DNA of 64,000 nt from Octopus sinensis. Lineage: Eukaryota. Within the stretch, counting starts at the first letter, position 1. Each line of letters begins with the position of its first letter. A program made the position numbers and the translations under genes. Below the pieces are notes generated by a model. The model was not told the origin of the DNA, ran no database searches, and was given only the letters and a program-made list of their open reading frames with translations. The stretch is taken from the NCBI RefSeq assembly GCF_006345805.1, contig NC_043021.1:14818001-14882000 (forward strand), written 5' to 3'. Positions 1 to 11,505 of the stretch are shown here, piece after piece.

Positions 1-234
1 TCCACAATCGCTCCCATCCATTGCCCCCCACACTCACCCAACGACAAACGCTACTTCAACTAGAGTCTCCATCTCCCACCAAACCACACTCAACCACCCA
101 CCCAATCCAGACAAAGCTAAATCACACATACACACACAGAGCATCAATACCCTTATTAACCCAACACCTTGAAAACTGTGGTGAGATGCAAACTAATTCA
201 GGATTTTTAAGGACTTTTTGAGAGAATCCCTAAC

Positions 235-614
235 CAAGTGCATCGCTTGATTTTAGAGGCCCCCCTGCAACTTTTTATTTTGAGGCCCCATCTCTTCAAT
301 CAAAATTCATGATCTATGCACCTATTACTCATGGCTATATTTTACTTTATTCTGTCTGAAGTTCAATATTTCATGTTATCCTAAAGAACGTATTTAGGTA
401 GGGACGTTCTTGGCACAATGCAAGAACTTTTGCAGATACAGTGTATTACCATTTTATTTCTTGAAATTTTCAGTTAACATAGTTTAATTCTTGTTCAACA
501 TCTTAACCAAAGTAAACAGATGACTCATCTATGTACTTTGATCTTCAGATGGGGCCCCTCAACCACATAGGCCCTCTGTGACTGCAGGGTTGCAGGGGCT
601 TAGCGACAGCCTTG
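235..614. mobile_element. Putative degenerate hAT-like MITE
   Basis: Imperfect TIRs CAAGTGCATCGCT / AGCGACAGCCTTG, internal GGGGCCC motifs, partly matching 8-bp flanks (tccctaac / gcgctaac). Confidence 0.3.
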
Positions 615-699
615 GCGCTAACCTGTAAAAATGTCTCAGAGCCTTTGCTAAAATCTTACTCCTGAAGCTCTCATGAAATTTAAGGTCTATATGTACAGG

Positions 700-835
700 C
701 ATGGCCATGTAGTAAGACATTTTCTTCCCAACCACATGGTTCTGGGTTCAGTCCCACTGTGTGGCACCTTGGACAAGTGTCTCTCCAGGCAGAACAAATT
801 TCTGTGGGGGAATTTAGTAGACAGAAACTGAAAGA
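700..835 (+). mobile_element. SINE family B, 5' part (tRNA-like head plus CORE-like segment)
   Basis: aaccacatggttctgggttcagtcccactgtgtggcaccttggacaagtg matches fuller copies at 51205 and 59465. Confidence 0.8.
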
Positions 836-842
836 TCATAGA

Positions 843-1056
843 AGGCGGCAAGCTGGCAGAAATGCTAGCACACCAGGTGAAATGCTTAGTGGTACTTCGT
901 CTGCCGTTACGTACTGAGTTCAAATCCCGCCGAGGTCAACTTTGCCTTTCATCCTTTTGGGAGTCGATAAAATAAGTACCAGTTGAACACTGGGGTCGAT
1001 GTAATCGACTCATCCTCTCCCCCTGAAATTACTGCCCTTGTGGCAAAATTTGAAAT
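843..1056 (+). mobile_element. SINE family A with (ATT)n tail
   Basis: Head ggcggcaagctggcagaa, B-box-like gagttcaaatccc, central gtcaactttgcctttcatcc...gtcgataaaataagtaccag; more than 20 related copies in the window. Confidence 0.85.
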
Positions 1057-1387
1057 TATTATTATTATTATTATTATCATTATTATTATTATTATACATG
1101 TTCAACATATAAGATATAGAAAATAATTACGAAAATGGAAAAAGCATTTTTTCACTTTTTCTTTTTCCTGCTTTTCAATAAAACATGAAAATTCTAATCC
1201 GGTTAGGTTGTTCAAAGAAATAAGGAAATAAATTCCATACACAATGAGTGAGTGGGTTTCCTGGCATTTCTCTTGTTGAAAGAAAATTCTCGGTGAAGTT
1301 GATGGATCACTTCAAATTGTGTTGCTATTTCTAGCAAGAAATAATTGTTATGTTATCGACCCATCTCTCTCCAGTGAAGCATGGCAG

Positions 1388-1394
1388 AATGCTT

Positions 1395-1442
<48 letters not shown>

Positions 1443-1656
1443 ATACATGTGTGCATATGTGCGTATGTAATATGCTCCAATATTGGACTATTTTCTTTAG
1501 TCAATACTGGTGAATGCTTATAATTATTATCATTTACAGAATATATATATATATATATATATGCACACATACATAACTGCATGTATGTTTGTGAATGCAT
1601 GTATATATATTATATATATATAATATATATATATATAAACACACACATATATATAA

Positions 1657-1705
<49 letters not shown>

Positions 1706-1867
1706 CATATATATATATACATATAATATATATATATATAACATATATATATACATATATATATATACATATATATACATAATATGTATACATATATGTA
1801 TACATATATATATATACATGTATGTAATATATGCACACATACATAACTGCATGTATGTTTTGAATGC

Positions 1868-1911
<44 letters not shown>

Positions 1912-1927
1912 ACACACATATATAGAA

Positions 1928-1978
<51 letters not shown>

Positions 1979-2216
1979 CATATATATATATACATTATAT
2001 ATAATATATATACATATCTATATATACATATTATATATACATATATATACATATATGTATACATATATGTATACTATATATATATACATGTATGTAATAT
2101 GCCACACATATATTACATGAATGTGATATATATATATATATAACACACACACACATACATGTATGTGATATATGCATATATATATATATATTACATGAAT
2201 GGGATATATATATGTG

Positions 2217-2247
<31 letters not shown>

Positions 2248-2270
2248 TATTATGACGATACATACATATA
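1388..2270. repeat. Compound (TG)/(TA)/(CA) microsatellite block with internal duplications
   Basis: atgcacacatacataactgcatgtatgttt repeated at ~1561 and ~1831; dinucleotide runs. Confidence 0.95.
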
Positions 2271-2629
2271 TAATCGTCATTTAATGTCTGTCTTCCATGC
2301 TGCCATGAGTTGGATAATTTAATAGGATCTGCTAAGTCAAAGGGTTGTGCTCAACTCTAATGTCTGCATTGGCACGGCAACACACACACACACACACATT
2401 TTTGTACACATGTCTGTATGCTCTATACACATATACAGTAACTATAATTACTTCGATACCAAGGTACCTGGGATCTGGATACAGTTATCTTCCCTAAAGA
2501 TTTCACAACTATACCACATAAATGAAAGGAAACAAAAACCCAACAAAACAAAGCATTTCTTGCTTTGCAAACATCAACAAAAAAACAAAACAAAACATGA
2601 CTTATTAAAGTAGGGGTCACCGCATTTCA

Positions 2630-3640
2630 TATACAGTGTTATTCCTAGATCTTGGTCTGAATTCTGTCAATGGGGCAAACTGCTAAGAGCACCCAAAGAT
2701 CTGGAGGTGGTGTTATACGAGCGATAGGTTAAGCCTACCAGATGGAACACAGTCTTCAATGATCGGGACATGTAGCAAGAATGGAAGAGTTGAATTAAGG
2801 CGGCGAGCTGGCAGAAACGTTAGCACGACGGGCGAAATGCTTAGCGGTATTTTGTCTGCTGTTTTGTTCTGAGTTCAAATTCTGCCGAGGTCGACTTTGC
2901 CTTTCAACCTTTTGGGGTCGATAAATTAAGTACCAGTTACACACTGGGATCGATGTAATCGACTTAATCCCTTTGTCTGTCCTTGTTTTTCCCCCCTATG
3001 TTTAGCCCCTTGTGGGTAGTAAAGAAATAGGTATTTCGTCTGCCATTACATTCTGAGTTCAAATTCCGCCGAGGTCGACTTTGCCTTTCAACCTTTCAGA
3101 GTCGATAAATTAAGTACCAGTTACGCACTGGGGTCGATGTAATCGACTTAATCCCTGTCCTTGTTTGTCCCCTCTATGTTTAGCTCTTTGTGGGCAACAA
3201 AGAAATAAGAAAATAGAATGGAAGAGTCGAGTTTCCCATGGCAAGTATTATTGAGAAAGTTCACTTCAGGAAGATGACCACAAGGTAGCCCTCTTCCAAT
3301 GTGCAAGGACCAACTCAAATCAACACCGAAAGCTGCTGGGATTGAGCCTGAATTGTTTGAATCACAAGCACAAGACTGTACCAAGTGGTGGTGTTCCATT
3401 ACCATTGGGACACAAAAATTGAAAGACACCAGAAGAGAAAAGGAAGAAATCAAACGACAGGGGAGAAAGGCTCGACAAAATCAACCTCGTTCTCCACCAG
3501 CATTGCCATGCAGTCAACACTACTGACTCTTCTGTGCAAGAATTGGTCTACAGAGTCATCAATGGCATCACCATAAAGGAAGCATTCAGCAAAGGAAAAA
3601 AAAAAACTGAATTTTCAGATGAGAGATAAAGCCGATGACA
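2630..3640 (+). mobile_element. Decayed RTE-clade LINE 3' fragment, interrupted by a SINE-A dimer
   Basis: Reads LQ*SGHVARMEE, then after the insertion ...KDQLKSTPKAAGIEPELFESQAQDCTKW...PCSQHY*LFCARIGLQSHQWHH, a degenerate C-terminal C2H2 finger like the intact one at 60953; in-frame stops. Confidence 0.85.
2791..3214 (+). mobile_element. SINE-A head-to-tail dimer (full copy plus 5'-truncated copy)
   Basis: 13-bp target-site duplication agaatggaagagt at 2778-2790 and 3215-3227 brackets both monomers. Confidence 0.9.
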
Positions 3641-3938
3641 GCCAGATATAATATAATATAATATAACAGTAAACAAAAAGAGTAGAGAAGTGGTTCTTAG
3701 AATATTGGCAAAAGTGGTGGAAGCATAAAAGTGGATATAGTTAGGCACCAGTTTGAAACGGTAATACAAACATGGCTTTGTGTCCCACAAATGACCCTCA
3801 CCACCCCCGAAAAAATATTTTAAAAGTGAGATGCAAGCCTAGTTTTTTCTTATCCTTAACCATAAATATATAGCCATGTGGTTGAGGAGTTTGCTTCTCA
3901 ACTACATGGTTTCGGGGTCAGTTCCACTGTGTGGCACC

Positions 3939-4164
3939 TTAACCCTTTTGTTACCAACCCGGCTGAAACCAGCTCTGGCTCCTGAGTACAAATGTCATGT
4001 TTCCATAAGTTTTGAATTAAAATCTTTCACCAAACTTTTGTCACAATTTATGTTCCTAACACTAGCTGAATGATTAAGTTATTGTATCAAATTCTTTGTT
4101 ATATTTAAAGTAATTAGAAGAAACACAGAGCATCTCAAAATAAATACAGAAATGAAAGGGTGAA
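3939..4164. mobile_element. piggyBac-like MITE nested in a SINE-B head
   Basis: TTAACCCTTT...AAAGGGTGAA ends; SINE-B sequence stops at ggcacc and resumes at gcaagtgtcttctac; reverse complement of the MITE at 38720-39348. Confidence 0.75.
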
Positions 4165-4948
4165 GCAAGTGTCTTCTACTTTAGGCTCAGGTTGACCGAA
4201 GACCTTGTGAGTGGATTTGGTAGATGGAAACAGAAATAAAGTCATTGAATATATACATACACACACGTTTGTGTGTGTGTGTTGTATATGGAAACAGTTT
4301 CTATCATACTTGGTAAGTGATATAAAGAGAAAACAAGGAAGAGATCAAAAGAGAGATAGAAGCGAGGAAGAGGGAGAGGTGAAGAAGAGACGAGGAAAGA
4401 GGGGCAATCAATGAGAGAGAAGGATGATCAAGAGAGAGGGGGGACTAGAAAAAGATACTGAGAGAAAGACCCTAAGACAGGCGGGGGTAAGAGAGAAAGT
4501 GAAAGAAGTGCAAGAAAGAGGAAATGAAAGCAACAGAGAGAAAGAAGCAGAAACAGGGAATGAGAGGGAAAAGGGGATGAAGGTGGAAAGAGGGGGAGAT
4601 GGTGGAAAATAAAGAAAAAGGAAACAAGGACGACAATAAAACTGCATCCAGTTTCCAATGTGTCCCCACCGGCACCAGGCAAGGCCCGTTTCCTACATCC
4701 TTCACTCTCCACCACAGACCAAGAAGAATGATGAGGTGATGGTGGTAATGATGATATTGGTGGTGGTGATGGTGGTCGGGGAAGAGGAACAGATGAATTA
4801 CCTAATAGAAGAAAATTAGAAAATTATACAAATAAAAAAAAAATTACATAAAACTTGGATAAATAAACAGAGTTTATATTACGAGGTAGAGAGGGACGTG
4901 TATGCATGTTTGTGCATGTGTGTGTGTGTATGCATGTGTGTGCCTGTG

Positions 4949-4991
<43 letters not shown>

Positions 4992-5320
4992 TTGTATATA
5001 CATATATATATATTTTATATTATGTGCAATTTGTTTTTACAAAAAAAAGGGGACATGTGGTGAACAAACACAGAAAAGAAAGGTAACATTAACTAACCCT
5101 GTACCCTTTTCTCTTTCAACATGCCAAAAAAAGTGTTGTGTGTATATATACACACATATATATGTAGGCAATTTTGGTTTTTTTTCCCGCTCTTTTGGTG
5201 TGGTGCGGCATGATGGGATGGGATGTGGTGGGTTGTTTCTTTGCTTTCTCAGTTAAAGAAGCCAGGTTGTAACATTAAGTAGGGTTTCAGTTACTTTATA
5301 TATATATATATATATATATA

Positions 5321-5777
5321 GTGACGTATATTTGCCATTTGAATATGGCTAACCCCTAAGGGTGAATGCTGCTGTAGTTTGTAGCCCCAGGAGGACACCT
5401 CCTCCAGCTGGCTATAGACACACTTTCTGTGTCCTATCAGTATTTGCAAAAGGAAGCCATCCTTCCCGTCTTCAACTTATGATACACATGGACTCGAGTT
5501 TCAGAGTATTGACCCGTCATCGGCGTGTGACAATCATAGTCGTCGACGAGAAGTTGGTTCCCCTCACAAATACATATACTTTTTCCAGTATCTATTGACA
5601 CTGATATTGAAAAAGTGAAATCAAACAATGATAAATCTCAGAGCGAGGAGGAGGTGTCCTCTTGGGGCTACAAACTACAGTAGCATTCACCCTTAGGGGT
5701 TAGCCATATTCAAATGGCAAATATACGTCACGATGTGTTGCTGCTACTGTTTATAACTCGCTCTGAGATTTATCATT
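5321..5777. mobile_element. TA-flanked inverted-repeat element, Penelope-like pseudo-LTR arrangement
   Basis: 85-bp inverted arms 5321-5405 / 5647-5731 (2 mismatches), a second perfect 21-bp IR 5627-5647 / 5757-5777, (TA)n on both sides, internal hammerhead motif. Confidence 0.65.
5485..5529 (-). ncRNA. Minimal type I hammerhead ribozyme motif (core variant CCGAUGA)
   Basis: Minus strand: cacacg-CCGATGA-c gggt caat actc t-GAAAC-tcga-GTC-catgtg; stem I 5/6 pairs, palindromic stem III ACTCGAGT, GUC triplet. Confidence 0.6.
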
Positions 5778-5806
5778 ATATATTATATATATATATATAA
5801 TATATA

Positions 5807-5837
<31 letters not shown>

Positions 5838-5838
<1 letters not shown>

Positions 5839-6210
5839 TATTCTTTTGTTTCAGTTATTTGATGGTGACCATGCTGGAGCATCACCTTAAAGGATTTTTA
5901 GTCAAAGAAATCAAAACCAGGATTTATTCTTTGTATGCCTAGTGCTTATTCTATTGGTCTCTTTTGCCAAACTGCTAAGTTACGAGGATGTAAACACACT
6001 AACATTGGTTGTCAAATGATGGTGGGAGGGGACAAACACAGAGACAAAAACACACACACACACATAAATATATACATAATATATTATAGGGCTTCTTTCA
6101 GTCTCCATCTACCAAATCCACTCAGGTTTTTTTGTCAGCCCAGTAGAAGACAGTTGCCTAAGGTTCTATGCAAGTGAGACTGAATCTAGAACCATGTGGT
6201 TGGGAAACCT
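5838..6210 (-). mobile_element. SINE family B, diverged, near full length
   Basis: Reverse complement of the 51205/59465 copies. Confidence 0.75.
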
Positions 6211-6619
6211 CTGCCTGTGTAAATAAAATTTAAGGGAAAAAAACAAAAAAAAACAAGAAGCATCTTTGATTCATAGGTTCTGCTGGGTGTGACAGCTGAC
6301 CTGGGGCTAAACATCTACACTACCACTGCTTTTAAGCAAGCTGAATTTCAACAACCCTTCCACCCTATCAAATCTTGATTTAGTTTCCTAACCCCATTAT
6401 CCACCCTCCACTCTCATTCTCTCTCTCTCCCCCACCCTTCCACACCAAATCCCTACTTCTTCCTGAACTACACCCCTTCCTTCTGCCACCACCGTAACCA
6501 CACTAAACAAATACTATCACTGAACACTAAATCTTCTAATACTCAGGACATATGTTCTGCAATCTCTGGAGAGATGAGCTTTTCGCACATGTGAAGAAGG
6601 GCTGTAGTTTTTGTAATCA

Positions 6620-7462
6620 AATGGCGGTGGCGGTGATGGTAGTAGTGTTAGTGATAGTAGTGGAGATAGAAGTTGCAATTGTGGTGGTGGTAGTAGTAAT
6701 TGTAGTAGTAGTAGTAGTAGTAGTAGTGATAGTAGTAGTAGTAGTAGTGGTGGTGGTGGTGGTGGTAGTAGTGGTGGTGGTTGGTGGTAGTGGTGGTGGT
6801 GGTGGTGGTGTTCTTTAATTATGCTAATGAAAATAGCAATTGTGATGGCTGTAGTGGTGATAGGTGATAGTGGTGGTAGTAGTGGTGGTGGTGGTGGTGG
6901 TAGTAGTGGTGGTGGTAGTAGCAGTAGCAATGGTGGTGGTGTTCTTTAATTATGCTAATGAAAATAGCAATGGTGATGGCTGTAGTAGTAGTAGTAGTAG
7001 TAGAAGTAGTAGTAGTGATGGTGGTGGTAGTGGTGGTAGTAGTAGTAGTAGTAGTGTTTGCTGTAGTGGTAGTTGTGGTTAGAATAATAATAGATCACTG
7101 TGGTAGTAGTAGTAGTAGTACTGGTGGTAGTAATAATGGGGGAGGCATGGGCAGTGATAAAAGTGGTGGTGAGAGATACGGTGGCGGCGGTGGTAGTAGA
7201 GGTGACAATGGTTCAACTGTGATGATGAGGTAAAACAGTGATAACAATAATGTTAGGGGATGGTCATGATAACAGTAAAGGTAGCAGTGCTGGTGGTGGT
7301 GGTGGTGGTGGTGGTGGTGGTGGTGGTGGTATTGCCGCAGGTAATGGCCAGAGTAAATGGTTTGCAGGAGAAAGAATTAACTGCCAAAGAACACAACACA
7401 TCTGCCTCTCTCTGTTGGGGAATTCCTCGTAATTGACTAAGATAAGCCATCTGGTGGTAGTG

Positions 7463-7508
<46 letters not shown>

Positions 7509-7724
7509 CAGTAGCATGGTGGTGGTGTTCTTTAATTATGCTAATGAAAATAGCAATGGTGATGGCTGTAGTAGTAGTAGTAGTAATTTTAGTAGTAGTA
7601 GTAGTAGTAGTAGCAGCAGCAGCAGTGGTGGTATCCTTGGTTCTTGTGATGGTGTTAATGAAAATAGCATTGGTGAGTAGTAGTGGTGGTGGTGGTGGTG
7701 GTGGTGGTGGTGGTGGTGGTGGTG

Positions 7725-7766
<42 letters not shown>

Positions 7767-7860
7767 ATTGTAGTAGTAGTAGTAGTAGTAGTTTTAGTAG
7801 TAGTAGTAGTAGTAGTTTTAGTAGTAGTAGTAGTAGTAGTAGTAGTAATGGTGGTTGTAG
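6620..7860. repeat. (GTA)/(GTG) trinucleotide field with an embedded ~46-bp island repeated 3-4 times
   Basis: Island gtgttctttaattatgctaatgaaaatagcaat at ~6808, ~6939, ~7525; degenerate copy at ~7653. Confidence 0.95.
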
Positions 7861-8051
7861 CAGCAGCACATCAGTTAGACCCAACCAGAGGACATTACAT
7901 AATGTAGCTCTAGATATACTATGCCTGAATGAAGGAAATATGAAACTGCCATGACTTTAATCACAGGCCTACTGGATCAGAGCTGACCTGGGCTAAATAA
8001 CAACAGCAGTAGCAGTAGTGGTGGTGGTAATAGTAGTAGCAGCAGCAGCAG

Positions 8052-8177
8052 TTCAAGAATTTGGACCTGGAGATCTCCATTTCCAGCGACTTCGAGGGCC
8101 ATCTCCCAGTGGTGTCGGACGTCAACGAAGAGCCCTCAACTAAAACAAGCCGACCAAAGTTTCTTTTTTTTGCCAAG
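8052..8177 (+). other. Candidate orphan coding exon (FKNLDLEISISSDFEGHLPVVSDVNEEPSTKTSRPKFLFFAK)
   Basis: CAG before and AAG|GT after, 126 nt open, 23 of the first 28 codons end in G/C; splice signals weak and no family recognised. Confidence 0.3.
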
Positions 8178-8350
8178 GTCTGGGGTCTCCCGCCCCTAAG
8201 CCCTAGACCATAAACTAATCACCCTTACCCGTCTTGTTGCATAACAACAACAACAACAGAAGCAGCGGCAGTAGTTTGAACCAAACCAACATGGATCAAG
8301 GCAAACTTAGTATGACCGTGATGGCTGTATGCTTAAGAAGCCCGTTTCAC

Positions 8351-9568
8351 AACTGTGTAGTTTCGGTTTTAGTCTCACTGCTTAAAATCTGGGGCAAGCA
8401 CCTGCTACAATAGCCCCAGGCTGACCAATAACTTGTGGGTGAATTTGGTAGACAGAATTGTACAAAGCCACAACTGTGTAGTTTCGGTTTTAGTCTCACT
8501 GCTTAAAATCTGGGGCAAGCACCTGCTACAATAGCCCCAGGCTGACCAATAACTTGTGGGTGAATTTGGTAGACAGAAATTGTACAAAGCCACAACCATG
8601 TAGTTTCGGTTTTAGTCTCACTGCTTAGAATCTGGGGCAAGTACCTTCTACAATAGCCCCAGGCTGACCAATAACTTGTGGGTGAATTTGGAAGACGGAA
8701 ATTGTACAAAGCCCCAACCATGTAGTTTCGGTTTTAGTCTCACTGCTTAAAATCTGGGGCAAGTACCTTCTACAATAGCCCCAGGCTGACCAATAACTTG
8801 TGGGTGAATTTGGTAGACAGAAATTGTACAAAGCCACAACCATGTAGTTTCGGTTTTAGTCTCACTGCTTAGAATCTGGGGCAAGTACCTGCTACAATAG
8901 CCCCAGGCTGACCAATAACTTGTGGGTGAATTTGGTAGACAGAAATTGTACAAAGCCCCAACCATGTAGTTTCGGTTTTAGTCTCACTGCTTAGAATCTG
9001 GGGCAAGTACCTTCTACAATAGCCCCAGGCTGACCAATAACTTGTGGGTGAATTTGGTAGACAGAAATTGTACAAAGCCACAACCATGTAGTTTCGGTTT
9101 TAGTCTCACTGCTTAGAATCTGGAGCAAGTACCTTCTACAATAGCCCCAGGCTGACCAATAACTTGTGGGTGAATTTGGTAGACAGAAATTGTACAAAGC
9201 CCCAACCATGTAGTTTCGGGTTTAGTCTCACTGCTTAGAATCTGGGGCAAGTACCTTCTACAATAGCCCCAGGCTGACCAATAACTTGTGGGTGAATTTG
9301 GTAGACAGAAATTGTACAAAGCCACAACCATGTAGTTTCGGTTTTAGTCTCACTGCTTAGAATCTGGGGCAAGTATCTTCTACAAGAGGCCCAGGCTGAC
9401 CAATAACTTGTGGGTGAATTTGGTAGACAGAAATTGTACAAAGCCCCAACCATGTAGTTTCGGTTTTAGTCTCACTGCTTAGAATCTGGGGCAAGTATCT
9501 TCTACAATAGCCCCAGGCTGACCAATAACTTGTGGGTGAATTTGGAAGACGGAAATTGTACAAAGCCC
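8351..9568 (+). repeat. Tandem array of ten ~122-bp units derived from SINE-B
   Basis: Units start at 8351, 8472, 8594, 8716, 8838, 8960, 9082, 9204, 9326, 9448; unit aligns to SINE-B from the B-box region to gaaactgaaagaagccc. Confidence 0.95.
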
Positions 9569-9822
9569 ATTATATATACATGTCTGTGTTAGTATGTATC
9601 TATCCATGTGTGTGAATATGAATGTTTACAGTCTGCACTGAGCATAGTTACTATGAAAGGTGATGCTTGTTAACATTTCCCTATCAACAAATTATCCAGT
9701 AGCTCAGCGCTTTCAAAGGTAAATATTATGAAAACCACCTGGCTTGAAAAACACACGAGGGTTAGAGGGAGGAAGTAAATCCTTTTACAACACAAGGCTA
9801 TAATAATATGGCTTTATCTAAA

Positions 9823-9985
9823 TCAGGGGTTCTCAACCATTTTTTATCCCCTGGACCCTTTTGTTTACTATTTTATTCTGGTGGACCCCCATAACCGTTT
9901 GATGTTCAAAAACTAGTTTTAAAGAAATTTCTTTCAAAATTCTTATTTTGTTTTGCACACAGTAACTTGTGTAGGTTGAACTATG
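9823..9985. mobile_element. hAT-like MITE 5' fragment
   Basis: Begins CAGGGGTTCTCAACC; resembles the element at 29566-30180. Confidence 0.5.
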
Positions 9986-10017
9986 TAAGATGTTAGAGAG
10001 AGAGAGACCTAGCTGTT

Positions 10018-10413
10018 TCTTATTTCTTTACTGCCCACAAGGGGCTACACACAGAGGGGACAAACAGATTAAGTCGATTATATCAACCCCAGTGCGTAAC
10101 TGGTACTTGTTTAATCAACCCCAAAAGGATGAAAGGCAAAGTCGACCTTGGCAGAATTTGAACTCAGAACGTAGTGGCAGACGAAATACCTATTTCTTTA
10201 CTACCCACAAGGGGCTAAACACATGAGAAGACAAACAAGTACAAACAGATTCAGTCGATTATATCAACCCCAGTGCGTAACTGGTACTTATTTAATCGAC
10301 CCCGAAAGGATGAAAAGCAAAGTCGACCTCGGTGGAATTTGAACTCAGAACGTAGCAGCAGACGAAATACCGCTTAGCATTTCGCCCGGCGTGCTAACAT
10401 TTCTGCCAGCTCG
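10018..10413 (-). mobile_element. SINE-A tandem multimer
   Basis: Two to three monomer segments with junction gacgaaatacctatttcttt. Confidence 0.85.
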
Positions 10414-11089
10414 CTGTTTCTTGCAATACATACATCTAAACCACTGATCTAAATGCTTCCTAACATGAAAAAGGAAAGAAAAATGAGATGCAGAACTGGA
10501 TGTAAAACTAGCAATTAACATATAAAACAGTAAGCCTGTTAATGTAAAATTTAAAATTAACATGCTGTGCTGTAATAGAATTTAGCTCAGACGGTCGGCC
10601 CATAGTATTGACTTTATCATTTAATCCACTGGGTTAATGTCAAGGGTACTTAAACCGAGATTATCAACTACCCTGAAACTTGTCTGGCAAAGAAGATAAT
10701 CCAGCAGCTATTGCGATTCAATAAAATTATTACATAGACGAGTGTTTTGTATTTTAAGGCCATCATTTAAGAACTTTGTATGCTCATCAATGCAGGTAGG
10801 TATATATCAATGTGTGTGTGTGTGTGAATATTTACAATCTGTGCACTGAGCAGGGTTTCAAATAGTGACGTTTAACATTCTCTGGTCAACCAAATATCAG
10901 CTCACTCTGCACTTTCAAATGTGAGTGTAATGAACATTCCTTTATTTAAAAAAAATAAATAAACATAAGCGGTGGTGCCCCAGCATGGTCGCAGCCTTCG
11001 GGCTAAAACATTTTTAAGGATTTATAAGGTTTAGTGAGAGTTGAGTATAGGTAATCACTCAGTTGTGAAATTCAATCATTTAAGAGTAA

Positions 11090-11505
11090 GCCTATTTCTT
11101 TACTACCCACAAGGGGCTACACACAGAGGGGACAAACAAGGACAGACAAACGGATTAAGTCGATTATATCGACCCCAGTGCATAACTGGTACTGATTTAA
11201 TCGACCCCGAAAGGATGAAAGGCAAAGTCAACCTCGGCAGAATTTGAACTCAGAACATAGTGGCAGACGAAATACCTATTTCTTTACTACCCACAAGGGG
11301 CTAAACACAGAGGGGGACAAACAAGGACAGACAAACAGATTAAGTCGATTATATCGACCCTAGTGCGTAACTGGTACTGATTTAATTGACCCCGAAAGGA
11401 TGAAAGGCAAAGTCGACCTCAGCGGAATTTGAACTCAGAATGTAGCGGCAGATGAAATACTGCTAAGCATTTCGCCCGGCACACTAACGATTCTGCCAGC
11501 TCGCC
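11090..11505 (-). mobile_element. SINE-A dimer
   Basis: Same monomer junction as the dimers at 2791 and 10018. Confidence 0.85.

Noticed and set aside
8351-9568. CRISPR-like array or repeated 72-aa ORFs
   Set aside because: No unique spacers, units are SINE-derived, no cas genes; the ORFs are the reverse strand of the SINE unit
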